64,000 nucleotides of DNA from an uncultured Clostridia bacterium (GCA_945872615.1 CAMBZZ010000005.1:10855-74854); one strand, 5' to 3'. Shown: positions 20,746 to 32,114, numbered from the stretch's first letter. Numbers and translations: made by a program. The notes: generated from the sequence alone by a model not told the origin.

Positions 20746-21789
20746 CTAAATCAACAGAGTAGCGTCGCCGAATGAGAAAAATCTATACTTTTCTTTGACG
20801 GCGATTTCGTACATTCTTAGAGTTTCCTCTTTGCCTAAAAATGCGCTGACAAGCATTATTAGTGTAGATTCGGGGAGATGAAAGTTGGTTATGAGCCCCT
20901 TCACCGTCTTAAAGCGATAGGACGGATAGATGAATATATCGGTATTGCCGCTGCACGCTTTGACGTATCCGTCGTCGTCAGCCACGCTCTCCACGACCCT
21001 CACGCTGGTGGTGCCTACACATATTACTCGTCTGCCCTCTCTCACCGCACTATTGATGAGGTCGGCATTAGTTTGGTCAATCTCGTAATACTCGCTGTGC
21101 ATCTTGTGTTCCAAGATATTGTCGACCTTGACGGGACGAAAAGTGGCTAGCCCTACGTGGAGCAATACTTTGGCAAACTGCACTCCCTTGGCTTTGAGTT
21201 CGTCAATAAGCCTACCCGTAAAGTGTAGCCCCGCTGTAGGTGCTGCCGCCGAGCCTTGCACCTTACTATACACCGTCTGATAGCGATCTTTATCCTCGAG
21301 CCTCTTAGTAATATACGGTGGCAAAGGCATATTGCCTATCTTGTCGAGTACGTCCTCGAAAACGCCTTGCCACTCGAATTTTATCCTTCTAATACCCTCT
21401 TCGCCGTAGCCTACCACTTCGCCTTTGAGGTCGTCGCCGAAGTCGAGACGAGTGCCGATTTTCATCTTTTTGGCAGGTCTGGTGATACATTCCCAATCGG
21501 TGTAGTCGAGCCTTTTGAGTAGCAACACTTCGCAGTTTTTTTCTTTGCTTGCGCCCTCGCTCATACGGCTGGCAAAGAGCCTTGCGGGTATAACCTTGGT
21601 CTCGTTGACGACAAGCAAGTCGCCTTCGTGAAGATAGTCTACAAGGTCGTAGAAATGCTTGTGCTCTATACTGCCGTCCTCTTTGTGATAGACCAGCATG
21701 CGAGAGCTATCTCTCGGCTCGACGGGGGTCTGCGCGATGAGTTCTTTGGGCAGGTCGTAAAAAAAGTCGTGAGTCGATAGATTAGTCAT
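20746..21789 (-). CDS. queA: S-adenosylmethionine:tRNA ribosyltransferase-isomerase
   Basis: [38 protein letters not shown]. Confidence 0.99.
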   Translation of the reverse strand: MTNLSTHDFFYDLPKELIAQTPVEPRDSSRMLVYHKEDGSIEHKHFYDLVDYLHEGDLLVVNETKVIPARLFASRMSEGASKEKNCEVLLLKRLDYTDWECITRPAKKMKIGTRLDFGDDLKGEVVGYGEEGIRRIKFEWQGVFEDVLDKIGNMPLPPYITKRLEDKDRYQTVYSKVQGSAAAPTAGLHFTGRLIDELKAKGVQFAKVLLHVGLATFRPVKVDNILEHKMHSEYYEIDQTNADLINSAVREGRRVICVGTTSVRVVESVADDDGYVKACSGNTDIFIYPSYRFKTVKGLITNFHLPESTLIMLVSAFLGKEETLRMYEIAVKEKYRFFSFGDATLLI

Positions 21790-22843
21790 CGTTTACCTCG
21801 AAGAGTGACATTTGTCTTCCTTCGTCTTCCTTTGGCGGAATTAGACCGAGATGACGATATGCGTCGGCTAGACAAACTCTACCCCTAGGCGTGCGTGCGA
21901 CGAACGCTATCTGCATAAGATACGGCTCGTAAACGTCCTCTATAGTACCGCTGTCCTCGCCTATGGATGCCGACAAGGTGTCGAGCCCCACGGGTCCTCC
22001 GCCAAACTTGTTGATGATAGTATCTAGGATTTTCCTATCCACGTTGTCTATACCGAGTTTATCTATCTCCATCTTAGACAAGGCATAATCTGCGACCTTT
22101 TTGTCCACTACTCCGTCGCCCATAATCTCGGCAAAGTCACGCACACGCTTGAGTATGCGGTTGGCAATTCTCGGTGTGCCTCGGCTTCTGAGGGCGATCT
22201 CTCTTGCACCGTCCTCACTTATTTTTACACCTAGTAGCTGTGCCGATCTCTTGACTATATCGGCTAGTTGGTCGGGGGTGTAGAGTTCCAACCTACAGTT
22301 GACGCCGAATCTATCTCTAAGCGGTGAGGTTATCATACCCGCCTTAGTGGTCGCGCCTATGAGGGTAAACTTGTTGAGCGATATTCTTATACTCTTGGCA
22401 GAAGGTCCTTTGCCCACAACGAAGTCGAGCGCAAAGTCTTCCATAGCCGAATATAACACCTCTTCGATATTGCGATTGAGACGATGAATTTCGTCTATAA
22501 AGAGCACGTCGTTCTTCTCGAGATTGGTGAGTATTGCCGCCAAGTCTCCCGCCTTTTCGATAGCGGGTCCGCTGGTTATCCTTATTTGGCTACCCATTTC
22601 GTTGGCAATGATGTGCGCAAGCGTAGTCTTGCCAAGTCCAGGTGGTCCGTATAGCAAAACGTGGTCGAGAGCCTCGCCTCTGGCAATAGCGGCTTTGATA
22701 TATACCTCTAAATTTTCTTTGACCTTGTCTTGTCCCACGTAGTCTTGCATGGTCTTGGGTCTAAGGGTGTTTTCCGCTTCCTTTTCGCCAAGCCCGGCTA
22801 GTGAGGACATAAATCTTTGGGTGTCGTCTTGTTCAAAATCCAT
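21782..22843 (-). CDS. ruvB: Holliday junction branch migration ATPase RuvB
   Basis: [26 protein letters not shown]; start moved to MDFEQ (SD AGGAG). Confidence 0.99.
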   Translation of the reverse strand: MDFEQDDTQRFMSSLAGLGEKEAENTLRPKTMQDYVGQDKVKENLEVYIKAAIARGEALDHVLLYGPPGLGKTTLAHIIANEMGSQIRITSGPAIEKAGDLAAILTNLEKNDVLFIDEIHRLNRNIEEVLYSAMEDFALDFVVGKGPSAKSIRISLNKFTLIGATTKAGMITSPLRDRFGVNCRLELYTPDQLADIVKRSAQLLGVKISEDGAREIALRSRGTPRIANRILKRVRDFAEIMGDGVVDKKVADYALSKMEIDKLGIDNVDRKILDTIINKFGGGPVGLDTLSASIGEDSGTIEDVYEPYLMQIAFVARTPRGRVCLADAYRHLGLIPPKEDEGRQMSLFEVNDD

Positions 22844-22844
22844 A

Positions 22845-23444
22845 TTACAAACTCCTAAATGCCAGCGCAATGACGCTCTCAAGGTCGTCGGCGTTGCCCC
22901 TTACCTTAGCCACGGCTTGCTCGGCTTGCGAGCGAGATATGCCGAAGCTCATCAAGGCTTCTACCGCGTCGCGAGTGATTTCGTCTCCGCTATTGACGAT
23001 AGGCGTTGCATTGGCGCCCAATATGCTCTCCAACGCGCCGTCGGCGTTGAGCTTGCCTTGCAACTCCAATACTATTCTCTCGGCAGTCTTTTTGCCTACG
23101 CCCTTACTGCTTGCGATAGCCTTGACGTCGGCGTTGACGATAGATGATACGAGCTGTCCTAGTTCTTGCCCCGACAAGATTTGTATGGCAAGCTTCGGAC
23201 CTACGCCCGACACGGTGAGTAGGTTCTCAAACATTGCCTTTTCTTCTCGGCTGTAGAAGCCGAATAAGCGCAACGCGTCCTCTTGCACTTGTAGGTAGGT
23301 ATATACCGTCACTTGCTGACCGATATTGCCGAGTTTGATTAGAGTTGAGGTCGACACCGCAAGGTCGTAACCTACTCCCCCGCACTCAACGACGAGCCTA
23401 CCTTCGCCACAATATATCACTTTTCCACTAATAGAATAATACAT
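22845..23444 (-). CDS. ruvA: Holliday junction branch migration protein RuvA
   Basis: [27 protein letters not shown]. Confidence 0.98.
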   Translation of the reverse strand: MYYSISGKVIYCGEGRLVVECGGVGYDLAVSTSTLIKLGNIGQQVTVYTYLQVQEDALRLFGFYSREEKAMFENLLTVSGVGPKLAIQILSGQELGQLVSSIVNADVKAIASSKGVGKKTAERIVLELQGKLNADGALESILGANATPIVNSGDEITRDAVEALMSFGISRSQAEQAVAKVRGNADDLESVIALAFRSL

Positions 23445-23450
23445 AACTCA

Positions 23451-23479
23451 ATCATAATTTATTTATATAAAAAAGTCAA
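23451..23479 (-). promoter_or_regulatory. sigma-A promoter, probably leaderless ruvA mRNA
   Basis: TTGACT-17bp-TATGAT-6nt-ATG, no SD. Confidence 0.65.
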
Positions 23480-23636
23480 GTCTATAAGATAGGCTTGACG
23501 TAAGTTTAAGATTGCGGTATTTTATTATGCTACGTTTAAATATAAAAACTCTTCCAATCACAAGAGAGTTGTTTATTGATAAAATTATTATAAATAGTTT
23601 TACTCTTCATGCCATAGGTGCGATATGCCGTGACAC

Positions 23637-24128
23637 CTAAATGCTAAACAAACCCCCGAGCCTATTAGTCTGTGCGTGCGTCAACGCAATCGCCAAAGCA
23701 TCGGCGGCGTCGTCGGGTTTGGGTATTGCTTTGAGCCCCAAAAGGCGGGTTATCATAAACTGAATCTGCTTTTTGTCGGCTTTGCCGTAGCCCGTGAGTG
23801 ACTGCTTGATTTGGTTAGGGGTATACTCGAACATAGGCAGTCCGCTTTGCTTGCACGCTAATAGAATTACTCCTCTCGCCTCGGCTACCGTGATACCCGT
23901 AGTGATATTTTTGGTAAAAAATAGTTCTTCTATCGCCACTTGGTCGGGCTTGAAGGTATCTATCAACTCGCCCATACCCTTGTAGATTAGCTCCAATCTT
24001 TCGGGCAATGATAGCTCTTTGGGAGTATTGATAACACCGCAGTCGACGGGACGATAGACGCCCTTTTCGCTATCTATCACGCCGTAGCCCACTATGGCAA
24101 GTCCCGGGTCGATACCTAAAATCCTCAT
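23637..24128 (-). CDS. ruvC: Crossover junction endodeoxyribonuclease RuvC
   Basis: ILGIDPG, AIEE, GYGKADKKQ, DDAADALAIA. Confidence 0.98.
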   Translation of the reverse strand: MRILGIDPGLAIVGYGVIDSEKGVYRPVDCGVINTPKELSLPERLELIYKGMGELIDTFKPDQVAIEELFFTKNITTGITVAEARGVILLACKQSGLPMFEYTPNQIKQSLTGYGKADKKQIQFMITRLLGLKAIPKPDDAADALAIALTHAQTNRLGGLFSI

Positions 24129-25363
24129 TGTCTGACTTGTCCTTGACCTTTGATGATATACTTTTCGCTAGTAAGTTGTTCCAATCCCAGAGGACCTCTT
24201 GCGTGTAATTTTTGAGTAGAAATGCCTATCTCCGCGCCAAAGCCAAACTCGAATCCGTCGGTAAAGCGCGTCGAAGTGTTGACGTACACACAACCGCTGT
24301 CCACCTTCTTGGTAAACTTGTCGATATTAGACTCATCAAAGGACATTATGCCGTCACTGTGCTTGGTGTTGTTGGCGTTGATGATTGTAATGGCATCGTC
24401 CACGCCGTCCACGACTCTCACCGTCAATTCGTAGTCGAGATGCTCCTTCTTGTAGTCATCCTCGGTGGCGGGGATAATGCCCTCGCCGTAGCGCATAGTA
24501 ATAGGACAACCCACTATCTTGCAACCGCCCTTTTGCAACGTCTCGATCATAGACGGCAAAAACTTATCGGCAACGCTCTTATGTACCAAGAGTTGCTCCA
24601 AAGCATTGCACACCGAAGGTCTTTGCATTTTGGCGTTGTATACCACCTTTTTGCTCATCTCTAGGTCGGCGCTCTCGTCCACGAAGATATGGCAGTTGCC
24701 ACCTGCGGACGCTATGACGGGGATAGAAGAATTGGCAAGCACGAACTTCTTAAGTCCGTCGCCTCCCCTCGGAATAATTACGTCCACGCTGTCGGATTGC
24801 TCGAGAAGCTCTTGCGTGCCTTGTCTAGTCACGTCGTCGATAAAGCCGACTATATTAGGATTGAAACCACACTGAGCTATGCTATCGTACACGATTTTGT
24901 ATAGTGCGCGGTTGCTGTTGACGGCTTCCTTTCCGCCACGCAAAACCACGCAGTTGCCCGACTTGATACACAAGCCTGCCACGTCTATAGTCACGTTGGG
25001 GCGAGCCTCGTATATTACGCCCACTACGCCGAGAGGCGCTCTCACCTTGTCTATGACAAGTCCGTTAGGGCGCTGGAAAGTAGCCACTACCGCGCCCACG
25101 GGGTCAGGTAAAGCCACTATTTGTCTTATGCCCTCCGCCATAGCCTCTATGCGCGCGTCGTTGAGCCTAAGTCTGTCTTGCATAGCCTTGCCGAGGTAAT
25201 CGGCGCTATCTACGTCGGTGGCGTTGGCTGCGAGAATATCATCCTTATGCGCTACGATATTGTCCGCTATGGTGGTAAGTATTGAGTTTTTGACTGCCGT
25301 ATCGGCTGCCGCCAAGTCGTAGCTGGCAAGTCTAGCCGACCTGCAAATATCCTTGACTGACAT
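24125..25363 (-). CDS. proA: Gamma-glutamyl phosphate reductase
   Basis: PLGVVGVIYEARPNV, SVCNALE, STRFTDGFEFGFGAEIGISTQKLHARGP. Confidence 0.98.
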   Translation of the reverse strand: MSVKDICRSARLASYDLAAADTAVKNSILTTIADNIVAHKDDILAANATDVDSADYLGKAMQDRLRLNDARIEAMAEGIRQIVALPDPVGAVVATFQRPNGLVIDKVRAPLGVVGVIYEARPNVTIDVAGLCIKSGNCVVLRGGKEAVNSNRALYKIVYDSIAQCGFNPNIVGFIDDVTRQGTQELLEQSDSVDVIIPRGGDGLKKFVLANSSIPVIASAGGNCHIFVDESADLEMSKKVVYNAKMQRPSVCNALEQLLVHKSVADKFLPSMIETLQKGGCKIVGCPITMRYGEGIIPATEDDYKKEHLDYELTVRVVDGVDDAITIINANNTKHSDGIMSFDESNIDKFTKKVDSGCVYVNTSTRFTDGFEFGFGAEIGISTQKLHARGPLGLEQLTSEKYIIKGQGQVRQ

Positions 25364-26106
25364 TATTCTTCGTCGTCCTCTTCGTCCAATTCTGCGTTGT
25401 GATATACGTTTTGCACGTCGTCGTTGTCCTCGAGCATATCGAGAAGTTTGCGTACTTTGACTTGAGTTTCCTCATCAGGCGTAACGGTGTTGGATGGTAT
25501 CATATCCACGTCGGCGGACAAAATGCTGAGAGTTCCGTCCTTTTCGATAGCCTCTCTCACTTGTCCGAGCGTGGTATAGTCGGTATAAATCTCTACCACG
25601 TCCTCGTCTACCGTCACGTCGTCTGCACCACAGTCAAGGGCAAGCATCATTATCTCGTCCTCGTCCAGCCCCGCTTTGTCTACCACGATTACGCCCTTTT
25701 TGTCAAACATGTAGGACACGCAACCCGTAGTACCCATAGAGCCGCCGCACTTGTCGAATACGTGTCTTACGTCGCACGCGGTGCGGTTTTTGTTGTCGGT
25801 AAGCGTCTCGACGATGACTGCAACGCCGCCTGCAGCGTAGCCTTCGTAGATATTTTCTTCGTAGTTGATTGCGCCCAGCTCACCGCTAGCCTTTTTGATA
25901 CCTCTTACGATATTATCGTTAGGCATATTGTTAGCTTTGGCTTTGGCAATGACGTCTCTAAGTCTTGCGTTGCTGTTAGGGTCTGGTCCGCCCGCCTTGA
26001 CTGCAACGGCAAGCTCTCTACCTATCTTGGTAAAGATACTGGCACGCTTGGCGTCCGACTTACCCTTCTTGTTTTTGATATTAGCCCACTTGCTATGTCC
26101 TGACAT
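25363..26106 (-). CDS. yebC: YebC/PmpR family protein
   Basis: [31 protein letters not shown]. Confidence 0.97.
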   Translation of the reverse strand: MSGHSKWANIKNKKGKSDAKRASIFTKIGRELAVAVKAGGPDPNSNARLRDVIAKAKANNMPNDNIVRGIKKASGELGAINYEENIYEGYAAGGVAVIVETLTDNKNRTACDVRHVFDKCGGSMGTTGCVSYMFDKKGVIVVDKAGLDEDEIMMLALDCGADDVTVDEDVVEIYTDYTTLGQVREAIEKDGTLSILSADVDMIPSNTVTPDEETQVKVRKLLDMLEDNDDVQNVYHNAELDEEDDEE

Positions 26107-26292
26107 AAAATCCTCCTACGTCAATGTAAATTTCTCTAAAAATATAATATTATATAGTCGTACAAAAATCAAGTTTTTTGCAGACTTGCTTTCTACTTTC
26201 AATGCTTGCAATACTACGATTGCGGTATTTCTATATGTTTGGTAATTTCGATATTTGCAATTTTTGCCGTATATCTATAACACTCGGCTCGT

Positions 26293-27045
26293 CTAGCGAT
26301 TGAAGACTAGTTCGAATAGTCCCACCGACAAGCTAACGCCCGCATTGAGCGATTCCATATCCCCTTTCATTGGCAAAGATATTATTTGGTCGGCTCGACG
26401 GCGCATAGTGTCGCTTATACCGTGCGCCTCGTTGCCTACTACCAAAGCCCAAGGCTTAGCCTTATCGATTGACACGTCGAATATGCTCTTTCCGTTCATA
26501 TCCAACACCAACACTTGTTTGCCTTGCAACAATTCAACCACTCGCTCTCTCGTACAAGGTACGATATTGCATTTGAGCACACCGCCCATAGACGACCTGA
26601 CTACCTTGCCCGACAAGTGGTCGGCACAATCTACTGCAACCACGTCCTCTATACCGCACGCCACGCAGCTCCTTATTATCGTGCCCATATTGCCGGGGTC
26701 TGCCACGCCGTCCATAACCACGATATTTCCACCGCCGATTGGACGTGGCGTAGGTACTTTGACTACGGCTAAAATTCCGCACGGAGTTACCGTCTCAGAC
26801 AAACAAGCCATAACTTTGTCGCCGACGAGCAATGTTTGACAGTCGTATTTGGATATAATTTCGCTAAATTGCTCGCTCTTACTTTGCTCTACGACTAGAT
26901 ATTTTACCTCTGCGCTACTTGGCATGTCCTTGACGATATTACCCCCTTCCACGACAAACAAACCCGATACGTATCGAGTTTTTTTGTCTTTTAGGCTCCT
27001 GATAGCCTTGATAGTCGGATTGGTGGTCGAAGTGATAATTTCCAT
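26293..27045 (-). CDS. TrmH/SpoU family RNA methyltransferase
   Basis: DPGNMGTIIRS, GNEAHG, ESLNAGVS; downstream of rplT. Confidence 0.93.
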   Translation of the reverse strand: MEIITSTTNPTIKAIRSLKDKKTRYVSGLFVVEGGNIVKDMPSSAEVKYLVVEQSKSEQFSEIISKYDCQTLLVGDKVMACLSETVTPCGILAVVKVPTPRPIGGGNIVVMDGVADPGNMGTIIRSCVACGIEDVVAVDCADHLSGKVVRSSMGGVLKCNIVPCTRERVVELLQGKQVLVLDMNGKSIFDVSIDKAKPWALVVGNEAHGISDTMRRRADQIISLPMKGDMESLNAGVSLSVGLFELVFNR

Positions 27046-27095
27046 AATATTATTTAGGGCAACCGATTAGGTTGCCCGTCAATAATCAAATAAAT

Positions 27096-27440
27096 TTACG
27101 CCTTAGCCTTTTCGCAAAGTGCGGTAAATGCTTGAGGGTCGTTGACTGCGATGTCTGCCAAAACCTTACGGTTGAGGTTGACGCCCGCCTTCTTGAGTCC
27201 GTTCATAAATCTGCTGTAGCTGAGACCGTTCATTCTTGCGGCTGCGTTGATACGAGCGATCCAAAGTTGTCTGAAGTTGCGCTTCTTTTGTTTTCTTCCT
27301 ACGAATGCGTAGTTGCCGGATTTCATTACGGCTTGACGAGCCACACGATACAGTTTGGACTTTGCGCCAAAATATCCTTTGGCTTGCTTCATAATCTTTC
27401 TTCTTTTCTTTATAGCGTTGACGCCTCTTTTAATTCTCAT
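27096..27440 (-). CDS. rplT: 50S ribosomal protein L20
   Basis: [24 protein letters not shown]. Confidence 0.99.
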   Translation of the reverse strand: MRIKRGVNAIKKRRKIMKQAKGYFGAKSKLYRVARQAVMKSGNYAFVGRKQKKRNFRQLWIARINAAARMNGLSYSRFMNGLKKAGVNLNRKVLADIAVNDPQAFTALCEKAKA

Positions 27441-27457
27441 ATCTTAGTCCTCCACTG

Positions 27458-27646
27458 TTAAATCAAACTCTTGATGGTCTTTTCTTGTGTCACAGACACG
27501 TAAGCAGTCTTTCTGAGACCGCGTTTTCTCTTAGACGATTTTTTGCTAAGAATATGTCTTCTGTTCATCTTAGCTCTTTTAATTTTGCCGTTTCCTGTCA
27601 ACTTAAAGCGCTTTCCTGCGCCACTATGTGTTTTTTGTTTTGGCAT
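27458..27646 (-). CDS. rpmI: 50S ribosomal protein L35
   Basis: [18 protein letters not shown]; infC-rpmI-rplT operon. Confidence 0.98.
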   Translation of the reverse strand: MPKQKTHSGAGKRFKLTGNGKIKRAKMNRRHILSKKSSKRKRGLRKTAYVSVTQEKTIKSLI

Positions 27647-27677
27647 AGTTCGTTATCCTCCATAGGTATATTTATAA

Positions 27678-28196
27678 TTATTTTTTTACGATTGGATTGA
27701 GTATCATAGCTACGGTGCGACCTTCGAGCACGGGTCTTTTTTCCATAGTAGATACGTCTTTGAGAAGGTCGAAGAAGTCGTCCATTACTCCGACTGCCAA
27801 TTCCGGACGGGTGATAAGTCTGCCCTTGAGCCTTATCGAAGCCCTAACCCTATCGCCACTCTCCAAAAACTTGCGTGCGCTCTTGGCTTTGGTGTTGAGG
27901 TCTCCCACGTCGATAGAAGCCGACAACCAAACTTCTTTGAGTTCTACGATTTTTTCTTTTTGGGTTTTGCGATTTTCCTTCTCTCGCTTGGTGGTCTCGT
28001 ATTTGTATTTGCCGTAATCCATCAGTTTGCAAACGGGTGGCTTGGCGGTCGGTGATATTAATACCAAATCGAGATTTTGCTCATCTGCGATATTGTTGGC
28101 TTCAAAACTCGACATAATGCCGATTTGTTCTCCGTCAGCACCGAGAAGTCTGACTTCCTTTTCTCTGATTTGATTGTTAATCAATAATTCTTTGAT
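27678..28196 (-). CDS. infC: Translation initiation factor IF-3 (probable non-canonical ATC start)
   Basis: INNQIREKEVRL, PPVCKLMDYGKYKYE; SD GGAGG lies 8 nt upstream of an in-frame ATC at 28196. Confidence 0.97.
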   Translation of the reverse strand: MKELLINNQIREKEVRLLGADGEQIGIMSSFEANNIADEQNLDLVLISPTAKPPVCKLMDYGKYKYETTKREKENRKTQKEKIVELKEVWLSASIDVGDLNTKAKSARKFLESGDRVRASIRLKGRLITRPELAVGVMDDFFDLLKDVSTMEKRPVLEGRTVAMILNPIVKK

Positions 28197-28223
28197 AAGA
28201 ATTTCCTCCCTGCCCTTTGGCAA

Positions 28224-28325
28224 TAAAATACGGGTGACAAAAACAATCTGTCACCCGAAAAATACCTTCGAATTATTAACCGTAGCCAACCGTTGTCGCT
28301 AGGTGAGTACCAGACTGCTTTGTTT
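28224..28325 (-). ncRNA. L20 leader (ribosomal protein autoregulatory attenuator)
   Basis: AAGCAG...CTCACCT...CGAAGGT core, then a CGGGTGACA/TGTCACCCG terminator with U tail upstream of infC; promoter TTGACA-17-TAAGAT at 28335-28363. Confidence 0.8.
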
Positions 28326-28381
28326 TCCTCGTATATCTTACCAAAGCCCAAGCAATCTGTCAACTATTTTTTATAGGTATT

Positions 28382-30319
28382 TTAGTCCAATCTTTTGTCG
28401 GCTACTTCTTTGAGAACTCTCGCGGTAAATTCCTCGAGTTTCATCTTGCCGAGGTCGCCCTCGCCTCTTCTTCTCACGGCTACCACGCCCTCTTCGGCTT
28501 CTTTGTCGCCGATGATGAGCATGTAAGGTATCTTCTCCATTTGTGCAGCCCTTATCTTGTAACCCACCGTTTCGCTTCTCGCGTCGACTTCCGTCCTTAT
28601 TCCCATTGCTCTAAGTTGATTAGCAATATTTTCGGACAGCTCTTTGGTGCGGTCTGTGAGGCACAATACCTTAACTTGCGTAGGGGCAACCCACAACGGG
28701 AATGCGCCCGCAAACTTCTCTATCATCAAGGCGATAGTTCTTTCGTAGCAACCAATCGAAGTACGGTGAATGATATAAGGTCTTTGCTTTTCGCCGTTCT
28801 CGTCAATGTAGGACATGTCGAAGTTTTCGGCAAGGAACATATCCACTTGCACGGTAATGATAGTGTCCTCTTTGCCATGCACGTTTTTGATTTGAATGTC
28901 GAGTTTCGGACCGTAGAAAGCCGCCTCGCCGATAGCCTCGGTATAATCCAAGCCGATATGGTCGAGAATTTGGCGCATAGTGTTCTCCGCCTCTTCCCAC
29001 TTCTCGGGGTCGTTGATATACTTGTCGGTATCGTTAGGGTCCCACCTACTAAATCTATAAGTCACGTCGTCCTTGAGTCCCGTGCAAGCGAGCATATAGT
29101 TGATGAGGTCGATAGCGCCCATAAACTCTTGTTCGAGTTGCGACGGCGTACAAATAATGTGACCTTCGCTTATCGTAAATTGTCTTACTCTTATAAGACC
29201 GTGCATTTCTCCGCTGGCTTCGTTACGGAAGAGCGTGGAGGTTTCACCGTATCTTATCGGTAAATCTCTATACGACTTGAGCCCGTTGTTGTAGATGGTA
29301 TATTGGAAAGGACAAGTCATAGGTCTGAGAGCAAAGACTTCGTCATCCTTCTTTTCGTCGCCGATGACGAACATACCGTCTAGATAGTGGTCCCAATGCC
29401 CCGAAATCTTGTATAGGTTGGACTTAGCCATAAAAGGCGTCTTGGTGCGCACGTATCCTCTGCGCTCCTCTTCGTCCTCTACGAAGCGAACGAGGGTCTG
29501 CATAAGTTTTGCGCCCTTAGGCATCAACAAAGGCAAGCCTTGACCGATGTTTTCGTCGGTCATAAATATACCCATCTCTCTACCGAGCTTGTTATGATCA
29601 CGCTTCTTGGCTTCTTCGAGTGCGGTGAGATAATCCGTCAAGTCGCTCTTTTTGTCAAAGCAAGTGCCGTACACACGCGAGAGCATCTTGTTGTGCTCGT
29701 TGCCACGCCAATATGCACCCGTGAGCGAAGTGAGCTTGAAGGCTTTGATATAGCCGGTGCTAGGAAGGTGAGGTCCCGCACACAAGTCCACGAAGTCGCC
29801 TTGCTTGTAGAAAGATATTACGGCGTCCTTAGGCAAGTCGTTGATGAGCTCTACCTTGTAATCCTCGCCGTACTCTTTCATAAGTTTGATTGCTTCGGCT
29901 CTAGGAAGCTCGAAACGCTCGAGCGGATAGTTGGCTTTGATAATCTTTTTCATCTCGTCCTCAACCTTGCCGAGTTCTTCCATAGTGATAGCCGTCTTAA
30001 AGTCGAAGTCGTAATAAAAGCCGTTGTCGATAGCCGGTCCGATAGCCAATTTGACGGTCGGATAAATACTTTTCATAGCTTGTGCAAGCACGTGCGAACA
30101 TGTATGTCTATAGATTTTGCGTCCCTCTTCGTCCTTAAAGGTGAGGAGCTCGAGCGTGCAGTCCTTGTCTACTACCGCGTTCATTTCTACGACTTTGCCG
30201 TCGATTTTTGCGCCAAGAGCAACTCTTGCCAAGCCCTCGGATATATCCAAGGCAATATCCATCACCTTGATACCGTCGGGGTACTGTTTTTTGCTACCGT
30301 CTTTGAGTGTGATAATCAT
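28382..30319 (-). CDS. thrS: Threonine--tRNA ligase
   Basis: TGS domain, RHTCSH, DLCAGPH, LRPMTCP, RNEASG, AFYGPKLD; start moved to MIITL (SD AAGGAG). Confidence 0.99.
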   Translation of the reverse strand: MIITLKDGSKKQYPDGIKVMDIALDISEGLARVALGAKIDGKVVEMNAVVDKDCTLELLTFKDEEGRKIYRHTCSHVLAQAMKSIYPTVKLAIGPAIDNGFYYDFDFKTAITMEELGKVEDEMKKIIKANYPLERFELPRAEAIKLMKEYGEDYKVELINDLPKDAVISFYKQGDFVDLCAGPHLPSTGYIKAFKLTSLTGAYWRGNEHNKMLSRVYGTCFDKKSDLTDYLTALEEAKKRDHNKLGREMGIFMTDENIGQGLPLLMPKGAKLMQTLVRFVEDEEERRGYVRTKTPFMAKSNLYKISGHWDHYLDGMFVIGDEKKDDEVFALRPMTCPFQYTIYNNGLKSYRDLPIRYGETSTLFRNEASGEMHGLIRVRQFTISEGHIICTPSQLEQEFMGAIDLINYMLACTGLKDDVTYRFSRWDPNDTDKYINDPEKWEEAENTMRQILDHIGLDYTEAIGEAAFYGPKLDIQIKNVHGKEDTIITVQVDMFLAENFDMSYIDENGEKQRPYIIHRTSIGCYERTIALMIEKFAGAFPLWVAPTQVKVLCLTDRTKELSENIANQLRAMGIRTEVDARSETVGYKIRAAQMEKIPYMLIIGDKEAEEGVVAVRRRGEGDLGKMKLEEFTARVLKEVADKRLD

Positions 30320-30339
30320 ATTTTTCTCCTTTTCGTCAA

Positions 30340-30545
30340 TAAAAAAGTCCTTATACTCCGTAGAATATAAGGACGACAATTATCGCGGTTCCACCTTATT
30401 TGCAACCTAAGTTGCCACTTAATTTCGTTGATTCGCCCAACGTAGCGTGCTTACAAAAGGTGGTATAAGTATTGGCGTTGTGCGTCATCTCAGCTCCCGA
30501 CGCTCTCTGTATCAACGTAGACAACCTTACTTGTCCTTTTGCCCG
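30340..30545 (-). ncRNA. T-box riboswitch (Thr) upstream of thrS
   Basis: Stem I AGAGA/GCTGAGA motifs, ACC (Thr) specifier, T-box AAGGTGGAACCGCG, terminator GTCCTTATA..TATAAGGAC-U6; promoter TTGACA-17-TATAAT at 30574-30602. Confidence 0.92.
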
Positions 30546-30608
30546 ACCTAAGTCACAGCAATTTCGTAACGATATTATAGTACAAGGATTTTGCTTTGTC
30601 AACGATTT

Positions 30609-31331
30609 TTATAAAAACTTGACCTTGACTATCCCCACCAATTTTTCTACCAGCGACGGCGTGACTTCACTTCTCTCTACCGACACTTGCTCCACTCTAT
30701 TGTATATCAATGTCGCCACTATATCGTCCGAGGGGTCGTCGAAAATATGCACGTCGTCTATATTTAATCCGCTTGCTCCGTCGACTAAACGCAAGGCGGG
30801 TTTGGTGGCTAGATATGCGTTTTTGCACCTAATTCTATTGCCCTTGCCAAGGTAGGCGACTATCTGATAAACGTCCTTCTTCTTGGGGTTGTAGGAGAGC
30901 AATTCTATACTCATCATACTTAGTTCCGACCAATCGAATTGCAGCCCTTCCATTCTAAAATCAAATATTCCGTCGAGGTTGTAAGTCTTGCTGCGGTGCA
31001 AAATTTCTGCCAGCTTTTTGCGCTCGTACTCTCTATTGTAAAATACGAGGGCACTCGCGAGCGCCTTGTCTTGCGGCAAGTCTTGCTCAAAAGCGCATTC
31101 TTCGACTATATATTGATATTTATAATTGTTGAGCAAAATGCCTATGATTATTTCTTCTACTCTTCCTCTCACTATAGGCGACTTGTCGTCGTCGCAAGCA
31201 AGAGCAAAAATACTATAGCCTATGCTTTCAGCCCTTGCGTAGGCTAGGTCGGGCAGTCTCGTAAATTTATTTTCCAATAAATCTGCGATTTTGTCTCTTT
31301 TGCGGGATAGATACACTTCTGTTTGCCACAT
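30609..31331 (-). CDS. YtxC-like putative sporulation protein
   Basis: YNLDGIFDFRM resembles the YtxC motif; ytxC-thrS synteny; CATACAAT sporulation-type -10 six nt before ATG. Confidence 0.6.
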   Translation of the reverse strand: MWQTEVYLSRKRDKIADLLENKFTRLPDLAYARAESIGYSIFALACDDDKSPIVRGRVEEIIIGILLNNYKYQYIVEECAFEQDLPQDKALASALVFYNREYERKKLAEILHRSKTYNLDGIFDFRMEGLQFDWSELSMMSIELLSYNPKKKDVYQIVAYLGKGNRIRCKNAYLATKPALRLVDGASGLNIDDVHIFDDPSDDIVATLIYNRVEQVSVERSEVTPSLVEKLVGIVKVKFL

Positions 31332-31450
31332 ATAGATATTGTATGCAAGGCAGTATCAATAATTCAGCGCTACAGGCGATATATTTGCATCTAGCGCTTA
31401 TCTTGTCGTTTTCTCCTCAAAGCAACCTATCGCGTAAAAAAATCGGCTAA

Positions 31451-32098
31451 CTAATCGCGTTTGTTCTTGGCTATATCTCTTATATCCCAACCCAAAACGA
31501 AAGAACAAAATCTATTGTCTTGACGTTTTTCCAATAATTTGAAGATAAGACCGGCAATCAAATAAGCGACGGCTCCCGACACGATACCTACTATTATGCC
31601 CGCCAATGCGTCGCTGGCGTAATGCGCGATGAGATACACTCTCGCCATAGCCATGACAATCACGCCTATATAGCCCACCCAGCTCCACTTTTTGTTACAA
31701 CACAGCAGCATTGCCGTCGCCCAAGCGGCTACAGCAGTCACGTGTCCCGACGGAAAAGAAAATCCGTCTTCGGCAGGGCTTCCCACCGCTTGCCAAAACG
31801 CCGCATAGGTCGGGTCGGTCATAGGACGCGGACGAGCTATGAGGTCTTTGAGAATGACGCTGGTAATAAGCGCACCGCACGCCACCGCGCCGAATAGGCA
31901 TACGCCGAACTTGCGCGTAGGCTTAAATAACGTCAATATGATTGCCGCCACGAAGAATATAATTCCCTTTTCGCCAAGCAGCGTCACAAGTTTGAAAAAA
32001 GGCGTAAAAAATCCTCCCGCCGACTCGGCAAGCGAGTGCATCGCATCGAAAATCGCTCCGTCATAGGTAGCGAAAACGTCGTTTAGCCATTCAGCCAT
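31451..32098 (-). CDS. PAP2 family phosphatase (undecaprenyl-PP phosphatase-like)
   Basis: KxxxxRPRP, SFPSGH and ARVYLIAHY motifs. Confidence 0.93.
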   Translation of the reverse strand: MAEWLNDVFATYDGAIFDAMHSLAESAGGFFTPFFKLVTLLGEKGIIFFVAAIILTLFKPTRKFGVCLFGAVACGALITSVILKDLIARPRPMTDPTYAAFWQAVGSPAEDGFSFPSGHVTAVAAWATAMLLCCNKKWSWVGYIGVIVMAMARVYLIAHYASDALAGIIVGIVSGAVAYLIAGLIFKLLEKRQDNRFCSFVLGWDIRDIAKNKRD

Positions 32099-32114
32099 CT
32101 TATTCCTCCGTAGA

